From assembly GCA_044376575.1 (NCBI GenBank), contig JBILKR010000001.1, forward strand, positions 109,492 through 173,491: a stretch of DNA of 64,000 nt, given 5' to 3'. A program made the position numbers and the translations under genes. The DNA comes from Flavobacteriales bacterium (GTDB lineage Bacteria > Bacteroidota > Bacteroidia > CAIKAF01). This document shows positions 38,418 to 47,148 of this stretch, piece after piece. Each line of letters starts with the position of its first letter. The first letter of the stretch is position 1. The notes under the pieces were generated by a model. It made no database searches and was not told the DNA's origin. It worked only from the letters and a program-made list of their open reading frames with translations.

Positions 38418-39776
38418 ATGAAAAACTTTACCATCATTGGTGCCGGATTGGTAGGAACCTTGCAGGCGGTATTTCTTGCAAAAAGAGGACATCGCGTTCA
38501 GGTTTTCGAGCGGAGGCCTGACATGAGAACAACCAATGTTTATCAGGGGAGGTCGATTAATCTTGCGCTTTCTCATAGAGGGTGGAAAGCACTTGAAAAA
38601 GTAGGCATTGATGATGCTATTCGAAAGATTGCCATACCGATGTATAAGAGAGCGATGCATGACAGAAACGGGAATCTCACCTATCAGCAATATGGTAAGG
38701 ATAATCAGGCGATTTATTCTGTTTCTCGTGGAGAGTTGAATAAAACATTATTGGAACTGGCCGACCAGCACGATAACGTTACATTTCATTTTAATCATCG
38801 TACAAGTGATGTTGATCTTCAACATAAAAAAATACATTTTAATATTGAAAATACAGGAGAGAAAAAAGAAGAGTCGTATGAATATTTAATTGGTACAGAC
38901 GGTGCCTATTCTGCTGTTCGACATAGGTTAATGTTTACAGATCGGTTTAACTATTCACAGTATTATATTGAACACGGATATAAGGAACTTCACATAGAGT
39001 CGAATGCAGACGGTTCGCATAAAATGGAAATTAACGCCCTGCACATTTGGCCCAGAGAAGACTTTATGTTGATTGCGCTCCCTAATATTGATGGAAGTTT
39101 TACATGTACGTTGTTTTTTTCATTTGAAGGAAAAGTTTCTTTTGAAGCAATAAAAACAGAAAGAGATATCATTAGTTTCTTTCAATACTACTTTCCCGAT
39201 GTAATCCCAATGATGCCGGATTTTGTTGAGCAGTTTATGAAAAACCCATCATCGTCCCTGGTTACAGTTCGGTGTGAGCCCTGGAACTATCAAGACCACG
39301 TGTTATTGATGGGTGACGCTGCGCATGCGATTGTTCCTTTCTACGGACAAGGGATGAATGCTGGATTTGAAGATTGTCGCGTTTTTGATGAAATGATTGA
39401 TGCGTATTCAAATAATTTTGATCAGTTTTTTGCAGATTATGGAAAGAACAGGAAGCCGAATGGAGACGCTATCGCGAGTCTTGCCCTGGCGAACTTTATA
39501 GAAATGCGAGACCTTACAGCTGATGCGGATTTTTTACTTCGAAAAAAAATTGAAGCTAAAATTCATGATAAGTATCCGGAGAAGTGGACTCCTCTATATA
39601 CGATGGTTTCTTTTTCACACATCCCGTATTCCGTTGCACTTGAAGAAGGTAAAAGACATGACGTGATTATGTCTGAAGTAATGAAAACAAAAAATATTCA
39701 CGAGAACTGGAACAGCGAAGAAATCGAGTCACTGATTTTGAATTTAATTGAAAAAAATCCTAGCAGTTATAAATAA
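38418..39776 (+). CDS. kmo: Kynurenine 3-monooxygenase (FAD-dependent)
   Basis: FAD motif IIGAGLVGTLQAVFLAKRGHRVQVFERR, then GRSINLALSHRGWKAL, LIGTDGAYSAVR and GDAAHAIVPFYGQGMNAGFED. Confidence 0.8.
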   Translation: MKNFTIIGAGLVGTLQAVFLAKRGHRVQVFERRPDMRTTNVYQGRSINLALSHRGWKALEKVGIDDAIRKIAIPMYKRAMHDRNGNLTYQQYGKDNQAIYSVSRGELNKTLLELADQHDNVTFHFNHRTSDVDLQHKKIHFNIENTGEKKEESYEYLIGTDGAYSAVRHRLMFTDRFNYSQYYIEHGYKELHIESNADGSHKMEINALHIWPREDFMLIALPNIDGSFTCTLFFSFEGKVSFEAIKTERDIISFFQYYFPDVIPMMPDFVEQFMKNPSSSLVTVRCEPWNYQDHVLLMGDAAHAIVPFYGQGMNAGFEDCRVFDEMIDAYSNNFDQFFADYGKNRKPNGDAIASLALANFIEMRDLTADADFLLRKKIEAKIHDKYPEKWTPLYTMVSFSHIPYSVALEEGKRHDVIMSEVMKTKNIHENWNSEEIESLILNLIEKNPSSYK

Positions 39777-39854
39777 ATCCCATCCTTTTATTTACTATCT
39801 TGCAACCATTGAATCAATAATATCATTAAGATATTAGTATCGATAACCTACACG

Positions 39855-41633
39855 ATGATAAAAAAACTATTTGTGATTATTTTGGGGTTGTTTCTTTTTA
39901 TTGGAACAATCAATGGTCAGAATAATTTGTGTGAAGCCGCAGATCCGTTCTGTTCGGGTCAAAACTACACTTTTCCTGCTGGAGTAAATGCTGGAACAGC
40001 TCAGGCTGGTCCCGATTATGGATGCTTGTTTACTCAACCGAATCCAGCATGGTACTACATGCAAGTGGCTCAAAGTGGAAATATTACCATCAACATGCAA
40101 AGCGCTCCCTTGGTTGATATTGATTTTATCTGTTATGGCCCATTTAATTCGCTCACGGGTGCCTGCAATAATTTAACAGCAGGAAATACGGTCGATTGCA
40201 GTTATTCAACAGCAGCAATAGAGACGTGTGTAATTCCCAATGCTGTTACCGGACAGTTTTATTTACTACTAATCACCAATTTCTCAAATGTAGTTTGTGA
40301 TATTTCATTTAGTCAAACCAACTTCAATCAGCCCGGCGCAGGCTCAACCGATTGTAGCATCGTGGCTCCTGCTGTTGGAAATAATGGGCCAATATGTGAA
40401 GGAGAAACCCTTGAGTTGTATTCTGCCACAATTATCAATGCCGTTTCATATAACTGGTATGGACCGAACGGATTTACAGCATCTGCTCAGAATGTAACGA
40501 TTCCCAACGCAACCATGCAACATTACGGACAATATATGTTAATCGTAAGCGATGGTTTTGATGAAGACACGACCTATACAACTGTTCAAATCAATCAGGT
40601 TCCAGAGGTCAGTTTTGTTGCCAACAATATTTGTGACAGCACATACGCGTTGTTCAATTCCACAGTAATTCTTGACTCCGGCTTTGTTGCTACTTACGAC
40701 TGGACTTTTGGCACACCACCTGTTGGTACATCAACTGTTGCAGATCCCACTTTCTTATTTCCGGGGCCGGGTACATATCCCGTCGGGTTGATAGTTGCTA
40801 CAGACCGGGGATGTGTAGATACCGCAATAGGGATAATAAATATTTATCCCAAGCCACAGGCCATGTTTAACGCTACCCTTCTGGAAAGCTGCAATCCGCT
40901 TTGTCCGGGCCTTACTGATGGAAGTACAATTGTGCAACCATCAACAATTAATTCATGGGAATGGTATATTGACAACCAGTCATTTTCAACTTCTCAAAAT
41001 CCTGCAGAATGTATTCTTCAGCCCGGTCAATATGATGTTACGCTGATTGTAACATCGGACAAAGGATGTAAGGATACCATGAGGGTTCTTAATCTTCTTA
41101 CTTCGCATGGCATCCCATCAGCAGAGTTTTTTGTGGATGATGAAATTCCAAACACAGTAATTTCTATCCCATTTATTTCAAATACAAACTTTGCTGTTTC
41201 GTGGCAGTGGGATTTTGGAGACGGAAACACCAGCACGCTGCAAAACCCGTATCATGAATACGCTGACACCGGTCGTTATTGTGTTACATTAATTGCCACA
41301 AGTGCTTTTGGATGCGCAGATACAAGCACGGCATGTTTATATTATTATCAGGATTTCTTTTTATATATTCCCAATGCATTTACTCCGAATGCAGATGGTC
41401 TTAATGATGTATTTCAAATTATTGGAGGGGGTATTGTTGAGATGGATATGAGAATATTTAACCGATGGGGGCAGGAAATTTTTTACACAGATAAAGCAGA
41501 TGGCGGTTGGAACGGCATGCTCAATAACAACACGGTGTTTTCGCCGCAGGGCGTTTACTCATATCGAATTGAGGCTAAAGATATTTATGGAGAAGACCAC
41601 TTGCTACTTGGAAAAGTAACCCTAATGAAATAA
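39855..41633 (+). CDS. PKD-repeat protein with a T9SS type-B (gliding-motility-associated, CHU_C) C-terminal sorting domain
   Basis: Has a signal peptide. Repeated WDFGDGNTS-type PKD motifs. C-terminus is IPNAFTPNADGLNDVF...VFNRWGQEIF. Confidence 0.8.
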   Translation: MIKKLFVIILGLFLFIGTINGQNNLCEAADPFCSGQNYTFPAGVNAGTAQAGPDYGCLFTQPNPAWYYMQVAQSGNITINMQSAPLVDIDFICYGPFNSLTGACNNLTAGNTVDCSYSTAAIETCVIPNAVTGQFYLLLITNFSNVVCDISFSQTNFNQPGAGSTDCSIVAPAVGNNGPICEGETLELYSATIINAVSYNWYGPNGFTASAQNVTIPNATMQHYGQYMLIVSDGFDEDTTYTTVQINQVPEVSFVANNICDSTYALFNSTVILDSGFVATYDWTFGTPPVGTSTVADPTFLFPGPGTYPVGLIVATDRGCVDTAIGIINIYPKPQAMFNATLLESCNPLCPGLTDGSTIVQPSTINSWEWYIDNQSFSTSQNPAECILQPGQYDVTLIVTSDKGCKDTMRVLNLLTSHGIPSAEFFVDDEIPNTVISIPFISNTNFAVSWQWDFGDGNTSTLQNPYHEYADTGRYCVTLIATSAFGCADTSTACLYYYQDFFLYIPNAFTPNADGLNDVFQIIGGGIVEMDMRIFNRWGQEIFYTDKADGGWNGMLNNNTVFSPQGVYSYRIEAKDIYGEDHLLLGKVTLMK

Positions 41634-41656
41634 GTGTAAAAAAGACACTAAGCAAC

Positions 41657-42349
41657 ATGTCAAAAACTAAAATTGCTGTTTTATCGGGCGCAGGGATAAG
41701 CGAGGAAAGTGGAATAGGCACGTTTAGAGGTGCAGGAGGATTATGGGAGGGGCATAAAGTTGAGGATGTAGCCACTCCTGATGGATGGAATAAAAACAAA
41801 GAATTGGTACTGCGTTTTTATAATCAGCGCCGTGCTCTTTTACAAACGGTTAAGCCCAACCGTGCGCATCTTGAAATTAAAGAATGGGAAGAAAATTTTG
41901 ATGTAACGGTGATAACACAAAATGTTGATGACCTTCATGAACGCGCCGGATCATCAAATATCATTCACCTTCACGGAGAACTGAATAAAGTAAGAAGTAC
42001 AGGCGATCCGTCTTTAATTTATGAATGGGAAAAAGACCTGTCAATCGAAGATTTTTGCGAGAAAGGGTATCCGTTGAGACCGCATATTGTTTGGTTTGGA
42101 GAATCGGTTCCGCTATTTGAAGAGGCGGAAAAAATAGTATCATCTGCTGATGTTTTGGTTGTTGTTGGAACAAGCCTTAAGGTATATCCTGCCGCAGGAC
42201 TTATATACAGTGTAAAAAACAATGTACCTGTTTTTGTGGTCGATCCGAATAATGTTGCTCCCAACAAAGCAAATATTCATCACGTAAATAAAAAAGCAAC
42301 AGAAGGATTAGCAATCATAACAGAAGAGTTGAAAAAACGATATGTATAA
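41657..42349 (+). CDS. cobB: Sir2-family NAD-dependent protein deacylase (short CobB type)
   Basis: Motifs GAGISEESGIGTFRG, TQNVDDLHERAG, LHGE and VVGTSLKVYPAAG. Confidence 0.85.
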   Translation: MSKTKIAVLSGAGISEESGIGTFRGAGGLWEGHKVEDVATPDGWNKNKELVLRFYNQRRALLQTVKPNRAHLEIKEWEENFDVTVITQNVDDLHERAGSSNIIHLHGELNKVRSTGDPSLIYEWEKDLSIEDFCEKGYPLRPHIVWFGESVPLFEEAEKIVSSADVLVVVGTSLKVYPAAGLIYSVKNNVPVFVVDPNNVAPNKANIHHVNKKATEGLAIITEELKKRYV

Positions 42350-43334
42350 TCTTCAACACATTCTTATTATTCGCTTTAGTTCTATTGGTGATATTGTGCT
42401 TACTACTCCGATAGTAAGAGCATTGAAAAAAAAATATCCTTCAGCAACGATTCATTTTTTGACAAAAAAAACGTATGCCCCGCTATTGCAAAACAGTCCG
42501 TATATTTCTCATTTACATACAATAGAAAAAAGTATTTCTGAATTAAAAGATGATTTTAAATCAATTCGATTTGATGCCGTTATTGATTTGCATAAAAACA
42601 GGCTCAGTCGAAAAGTGAAAGGTTTTTTTAATGTACCGGCGTATTCCTATAACAAGAGAAATATTGACAAGTGGATACTGGTTAATTTAAAAATCAACCG
42701 GATGCATAACGAACATATCGTTGACCGGTATTTTCAGTCAATAGCAATGCTTGGTGTAATCAATGACGAAGAAGGCCTTGATTATTTTTTAACCGAACAG
42801 GACGAAGTAAACTTGTCTTCAATGTTTTCATTTGACTATAAAGACTATGTTGTGGTTGCTATCGGCGCACAACACGCAACCAAACAGATTCCAACTTTAA
42901 AGTTGATTGAAATTATTCAACAATGTTTTAATCCGGTGGTATTGATTGGGGGTGAAGAAGACAGGAGTAAGGCGCAGGATATTTTGAGTGGATTAGTCAA
43001 TAAAAAAGTTATTTCTACCTGTGGCGAACTTACACTATCTCAGTCAGCGGCTGTGATTAAAAACTCAAGGTGTATTTTAACCGGAGATAGTGGAATGATG
43101 CATGTTGCTGCGGCTTTGAAAAAGAAAATTATTTCTGTTTGGGGTTCAACTGTTCCTGAGTTTGGAATGACTCCTTATTATGGTAAAAACAGCAATCCCA
43201 ATTCTGTCATTATTGAAAATAAAAACATCTCTTGCCGGCCATGTTCTAAACTAGGCCATTCTGCTTGTCCGAAAAAACACTTCGATTGTATGCTATCAAT
43301 AAATAGCAAAGAAGTGGCTACATATCTGAATTAA
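42342..43334 (+). CDS. Glycosyltransferase family 9 (heptosyltransferase-like)
   Basis: ILIIRFSSIGDIVLTTP start and a C-terminal GDSGMMHVAAAL motif. Confidence 0.75.
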   Translation: MYNLQHILIIRFSSIGDIVLTTPIVRALKKKYPSATIHFLTKKTYAPLLQNSPYISHLHTIEKSISELKDDFKSIRFDAVIDLHKNRLSRKVKGFFNVPAYSYNKRNIDKWILVNLKINRMHNEHIVDRYFQSIAMLGVINDEEGLDYFLTEQDEVNLSSMFSFDYKDYVVVAIGAQHATKQIPTLKLIEIIQQCFNPVVLIGGEEDRSKAQDILSGLVNKKVISTCGELTLSQSAAVIKNSRCILTGDSGMMHVAAALKKKIISVWGSTVPEFGMTPYYGKNSNPNSVIIENKNISCRPCSKLGHSACPKKHFDCMLSINSKEVATYLN

Positions 43335-43335
43335 A

Positions 43336-43368
43336 AAAGGCGAAAGAATTTTAATTCTTTCGCCTTTA
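43336..43368. terminator. Bidirectional terminator between GT9 and icd
   Basis: AGGCGAAAGAATT/AATTCTTTCGCCT 13-bp stem with an A-run before and a short T-run (3 nt) after. Confidence 0.7.
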
Positions 43369-43370
43369 TA

Positions 43371-44600
43371 TTATTTCTGCAATGCTGCTTTTAAATTATG
43401 ATCCAGCGCGTCGAGAAACTCTTCTGTATATAAATAGTGTTCTCCATGATTTACTTTATTTCCATGAATACACACTGCAAGATCTTTAGTCATCTTTCCG
43501 CTTTCTACCGTTTCGATACAAACCTTTTCAAGGGTCTGACAGAAATTAATCAACTCCTGATTGTTGTCTAGTTTTCCGCGGAACTCCAACCCTCTTGTCC
43601 ATGCAAAAATTGACGCGATTGGATTTGTAGAAGTTGGCTTGCCTGCCTGATGATCTCTGTAGTGACGAGTAACTGTTCCGTGTGCCGCTTCTGCTTCCAT
43701 TACTTTTCCATCTGGCGTTACCAAGGTGGATGTCATTAATCCCAATGAACCAAAGCCTTGAGCTACGGTGTCTGACTGCACGTCGCCATCATAATTTTTA
43801 CAAGCCCACACAAAATTTCCGTTCCACTTCAATGCAGACGCAACCATGTCGTCAATTAAACGATGTTCATAGACGATACCGGCTTCTTCAAATTTTGATT
43901 TAAAATCTTTTTGATAAATTTCTTCAAAAATGTCTTTAAATCGACCATCATATTTTTTCAAAATGGTATTCTTTGTGGACAAATACAATGGCCACTTTTT
44001 CTGTAATGCAGTATTAAAACAAGAATAGGCAAATCCGCGAATTGACTCTTCGGTATTATACATGGCCAAGGCAACACCATCTCCTTTAAAATTAAATACT
44101 TCGTGTTCGATGACTTCTCCGTTTTCTCCTTCAAACTTGATGGTTAATTTTCCTTTTCCTTTGGTAACAAAATCAGTAGCACGGTATTGATCACCAAAAG
44201 CATGGCGTCCGATACAGATTGGCGCAGTCCAGTTGGGTACAAGTCGAGGTACATTGCTGCACACAATTGGTTCGCGAAAAACAGTACCATCCAAAATATT
44301 ACGAATGGTTCCGTTAGGCGACTTCCACATTTGTTTAAGATTAAATTCTTTTACACGTGCTTCATCCGGAGTTATGGTTGCGCATTTAATACCCACGCCA
44401 TATTCACGAATGGCATTGGCGGCATCAATAGTAACTTGATCATTCGTCTGATCGCGGTATTCAATACCCAAATCATAATATTTAATGTCCACCTCAATGT
44501 AAGGCAGAATTAATTTTTCCTTTATAAATTTCCAAATGATTCTTGTCATTTCGTCGCCATCCAGCTCAACAACCGGATTACTCACTTTAATTTTGCTCAT
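43371..44600 (-). CDS. icd: NADP-dependent isocitrate dehydrogenase (eukaryote-like subfamily II)
   Basis: [23 protein letters not shown] start and ~410 aa. The track's extra 37 N-terminal residues (to 44711) look non-coding. Confidence 0.9.
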   Translation of the reverse strand: MSKIKVSNPVVELDGDEMTRIIWKFIKEKLILPYIEVDIKYYDLGIEYRDQTNDQVTIDAANAIREYGVGIKCATITPDEARVKEFNLKQMWKSPNGTIRNILDGTVFREPIVCSNVPRLVPNWTAPICIGRHAFGDQYRATDFVTKGKGKLTIKFEGENGEVIEHEVFNFKGDGVALAMYNTEESIRGFAYSCFNTALQKKWPLYLSTKNTILKKYDGRFKDIFEEIYQKDFKSKFEEAGIVYEHRLIDDMVASALKWNGNFVWACKNYDGDVQSDTVAQGFGSLGLMTSTLVTPDGKVMEAEAAHGTVTRHYRDHQAGKPTSTNPIASIFAWTRGLEFRGKLDNNQELINFCQTLEKVCIETVESGKMTKDLAVCIHGNKVNHGEHYLYTEEFLDALDHNLKAALQK

Positions 44601-44733
44601 GTAGTTACAGGTATTTCTAATTCTGCTGTAAAATTGAAAAAAAAATAACAAAAAAGAAGTGATGTTCAAGAATATATCTTCTACCGGCCATTCATTTTGT
44701 ATGATCTGCAATAAAATCTACCATTCATTCGAT

Positions 44734-44741
44734 TACCTTTG
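44734..44741 (+). promoter_or_regulatory. Candidate -7 box (TAnnTTTG) directly upstream of gldB
   Basis: TACCTTTG ends 5 nt before the ATG at 44747. Confidence 0.35.
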
Positions 44742-44746
44742 TTACT

Positions 44747-45730
44747 ATGAATAAGTTTTGGACTTCCATTATTATTCTGTTGGTTTGCGGTTGTTCTCCA
44801 ACAGCTCCTGATGTTTCAAAAGTCAATGTAAACATCTCCGTTCGTCGTTTCGACCAAGATTTTTTTTCTGTGAAATCACAACAGGATTTAAAAAAACTGA
44901 AATCGAATTACGGAACATTTTATGAGATTTATACGAACAGAATTATACAGCCTTCGATTCGTCCTGATTCTTTAGAATTATCATCTGTACAAACTTTTCT
45001 GAATGATAAGGACATGAAGAAAATTTATAAAGAAACGCAAGTAGAATGGAATGATTTTAGTGTTCACCAGGCATCAATTAAAAAAGCGTTTCAGTATTAT
45101 CGTTATTATTTTCCCCAAAAAATTATACCTGAAGTGATTCCATATTTCTTTGGATTTAATTATGCTGTTGTTGCCACAGACAGCGCCGTATGTATTGCAC
45201 TGGATCAGTATTTAGGCAAAGATTATGCGTATTACAATCATTTGCCCGATTATATCAGGTATAGAAAAGAAAAACAATTCATGATTTCGGATTTGCTTCG
45301 GGGTTGGGCAATGACTGAGTTTGAGGGCCCCCAATCCAGAAAGGATTTACTCGACGAAATAATTTTTCAGGGCAAGACCATGTATCTTCTTTCTCATCTT
45401 TTACCCGAAACACAAGATTCTGTATTGATGGGGTATACCTCAAAACAAATTAAATTTTGTGAAGACAGTGAGTGGAATATCTGGACCTTTTTTGTGGAGA
45501 AAAAACTATTGTATTCTACCAATCCCAAAGACATTTCCAATTATACCGGCGAAGCCCCTTTCAGCGCAGGGATGCCTGATCATTCTCCCGGCAGAACAGG
45601 AGTGTGGCTGGGATGGAAAATTGTTGAAGCATATATGAAAAACAATAAAAATGTGACGCTTGAAAAATTAATGGAAGAGCACGATTACCGAAAAATTTTA
45701 AATAAATCTAATTATAAACCGAAAAAATAA
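44747..45730 (+). CDS. gldB: Gliding motility lipoprotein GldB
   Basis: Lipobox is LLVCGC and length ~325 aa. It is followed immediately by a GldC-sized gene, as in Flavobacterium johnsoniae gldB-gldC. RFDQDFF lies near the N-terminus. Confidence 0.7.
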   Translation: MNKFWTSIIILLVCGCSPTAPDVSKVNVNISVRRFDQDFFSVKSQQDLKKLKSNYGTFYEIYTNRIIQPSIRPDSLELSSVQTFLNDKDMKKIYKETQVEWNDFSVHQASIKKAFQYYRYYFPQKIIPEVIPYFFGFNYAVVATDSAVCIALDQYLGKDYAYYNHLPDYIRYRKEKQFMISDLLRGWAMTEFEGPQSRKDLLDEIIFQGKTMYLLSHLLPETQDSVLMGYTSKQIKFCEDSEWNIWTFFVEKKLLYSTNPKDISNYTGEAPFSAGMPDHSPGRTGVWLGWKIVEAYMKNNKNVTLEKLMEEHDYRKILNKSNYKPKK

Positions 45731-46075
45731 ATGTCGAACGAAGTTGTAAAAAAATCAGAAATATCTATAGTTGTTGGGCTTGATGAAAGTAAAAATCCAG
45801 TTGAAATTCACTGGCAGGCTACGGATAGTGGAGTAAACGAGCAACGAGAAGTAAAAGCTTTTATGCTTGCTTTGTGGGACAAAAAAGAAAATAATTCTAT
45901 GCGCCTGGATTTGTGGAATAAAGAAATGATGGTAGAAGAAATGCGCATGTTTGTATATCAGTCGCTGGTATCAATGTCTGACTTGGTGGAGCGCTCAACC
46001 GGTGATCAGGAGCTTTCGGAAGACATGAAAGATTTTGCCGCATACTTTGCCAAGCAATCCGGATTAAATCCCTAA
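45731..46075 (+). CDS. gldC: Gliding motility protein GldC
   Basis: 114-aa soluble protein starting 1 nt after the gldB stop. Motif is IVVGLDESKNPVEIHWQATDS...KAFMLALWDK. Confidence 0.65.
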   Translation: MSNEVVKKSEISIVVGLDESKNPVEIHWQATDSGVNEQREVKAFMLALWDKKENNSMRLDLWNKEMMVEEMRMFVYQSLVSMSDLVERSTGDQELSEDMKDFAAYFAKQSGLNP

Positions 46076-46078
46076 CCA

Positions 46079-46945
46079 TTAAAATGAAATAAACTCTTCA
46101 GGATTTAATGGAGAGCCATTATACCATAGTTCAAAGTGAAGATGTGGACCGGTAGATAATTCGCCGGAATTTCCAACAATAGCAATAGGTTCACCAGCCT
46201 TAACATACGCGCCCGATTTTTTAAGCAATAAGGCATTGTGTTTATATACAGAAACTAAATTATCCGCATGTTGAATCATAATCACGTGTCCTGTTTCGGG
46301 AGTCCAGGTATCGAGCATAACCGTTCCATCTAATACTGATTTTACAGCCTCATTTTTCTTGGCGGCAATATCTACCCCAAAGTGATTTGTTTTTTTGTCA
46401 AATGAGTCCGTAATCAATCCTCTTAGTGGAGAAAAAAACAAAAATGAAGTTAGTTTATTACCTCCCTTTTTTTTGTTTGAAACGCTATAAAAATCAGCCT
46501 TCTCCACCTCAATTCGCAACAACGAATCTTCTTTTGATTTAATATTTCGAATGTCTTTAAAGTTAGAGGCAGTATCTTTTACATACAGTTGATCATCCTG
46601 AATTTTTTTTCCAAGTATTGCCAGTTGTACATTCTCTAAAAATATGTCAGTAGCTTTAATTTTATTCTCCAGCGAATCGGTTGTTCTGAGAAGTTGCAAC
46701 ATTCTTTTTTTAGAGCCGGAATCGGCATAACCTGGAATATATTCTCTCAAACTCGTAAAGGCAACCAGATAAATGGTTAGCGAAACCATAACAATAATCA
46801 CTGAAGAGAATACAATTACCAGGTGTAATGCAGAAAGACGAAGAGACGCTTTTTCTTCAAAGTGTTCTTCGCTAATGATATTTACCCGATATCGCCTGCG
46901 AAGACGTTGCCACCAGGCCGCAAATCCTTTTTTCTTTTCTGCCAT
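46079..46945 (-). CDS. M23 family metallopeptidase (membrane-anchored)
   Basis: N-terminal TM helix. LytM motifs are HFGVDI and GNSGELSTGPHLHFELW. Confidence 0.85.
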   Translation of the reverse strand: MAEKKKGFAAWWQRLRRRYRVNIISEEHFEEKASLRLSALHLVIVFSSVIIVMVSLTIYLVAFTSLREYIPGYADSGSKKRMLQLLRTTDSLENKIKATDIFLENVQLAILGKKIQDDQLYVKDTASNFKDIRNIKSKEDSLLRIEVEKADFYSVSNKKKGGNKLTSFLFFSPLRGLITDSFDKKTNHFGVDIAAKKNEAVKSVLDGTVMLDTWTPETGHVIMIQHADNLVSVYKHNALLLKKSGAYVKAGEPIAIVGNSGELSTGPHLHFELWYNGSPLNPEEFISF

Positions 46946-47116
46946 GTATTACAAACCTAATGAATTTCTTTATGATTAGGAACGAATTTGTACGTTCTCG
47001 CTTATTAAATCTTTCGTAAAAAGCAATGAAAAAAAAGAAGATTGTTAATAAATAATCTCAAATAAAAAGTAATTCACGAATTATAAACATTGACCTTTTC
47101 AACAAGCCTAGAAACG

Positions 47117-47124
47117 TAAATTTG
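47117..47124 (+). promoter_or_regulatory. Candidate -7 box (TAnnTTTG) for the SMC-like operon
   Basis: TAAATTTG ends 24 nt upstream of the ATG at 47149, inside a 200-nt AT-rich intergenic region. Confidence 0.4.
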
Positions 47125-47148
47125 TTACTCGTGTAAAAAATTAAAAGT

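Noticed and set aside
41657-42349. The Sir2 gene as a defence effector (Thoeris ThsA / DSR / SIR2-HerA type)
   Set aside because: It is a stand-alone 230-aa CobB-type deacylase with full catalytic motifs. It has no SLOG/TIR/HerA partner and sits in a housekeeping neighbourhood.
44601-44711. A 37-residue N-terminal extension of isocitrate dehydrogenase in the ORF track
   Set aside because: The extension is hydrophobic nonsense ([18 protein letters not shown]). The canonical IDH N-terminus [20 protein letters not shown] begins at 44600.
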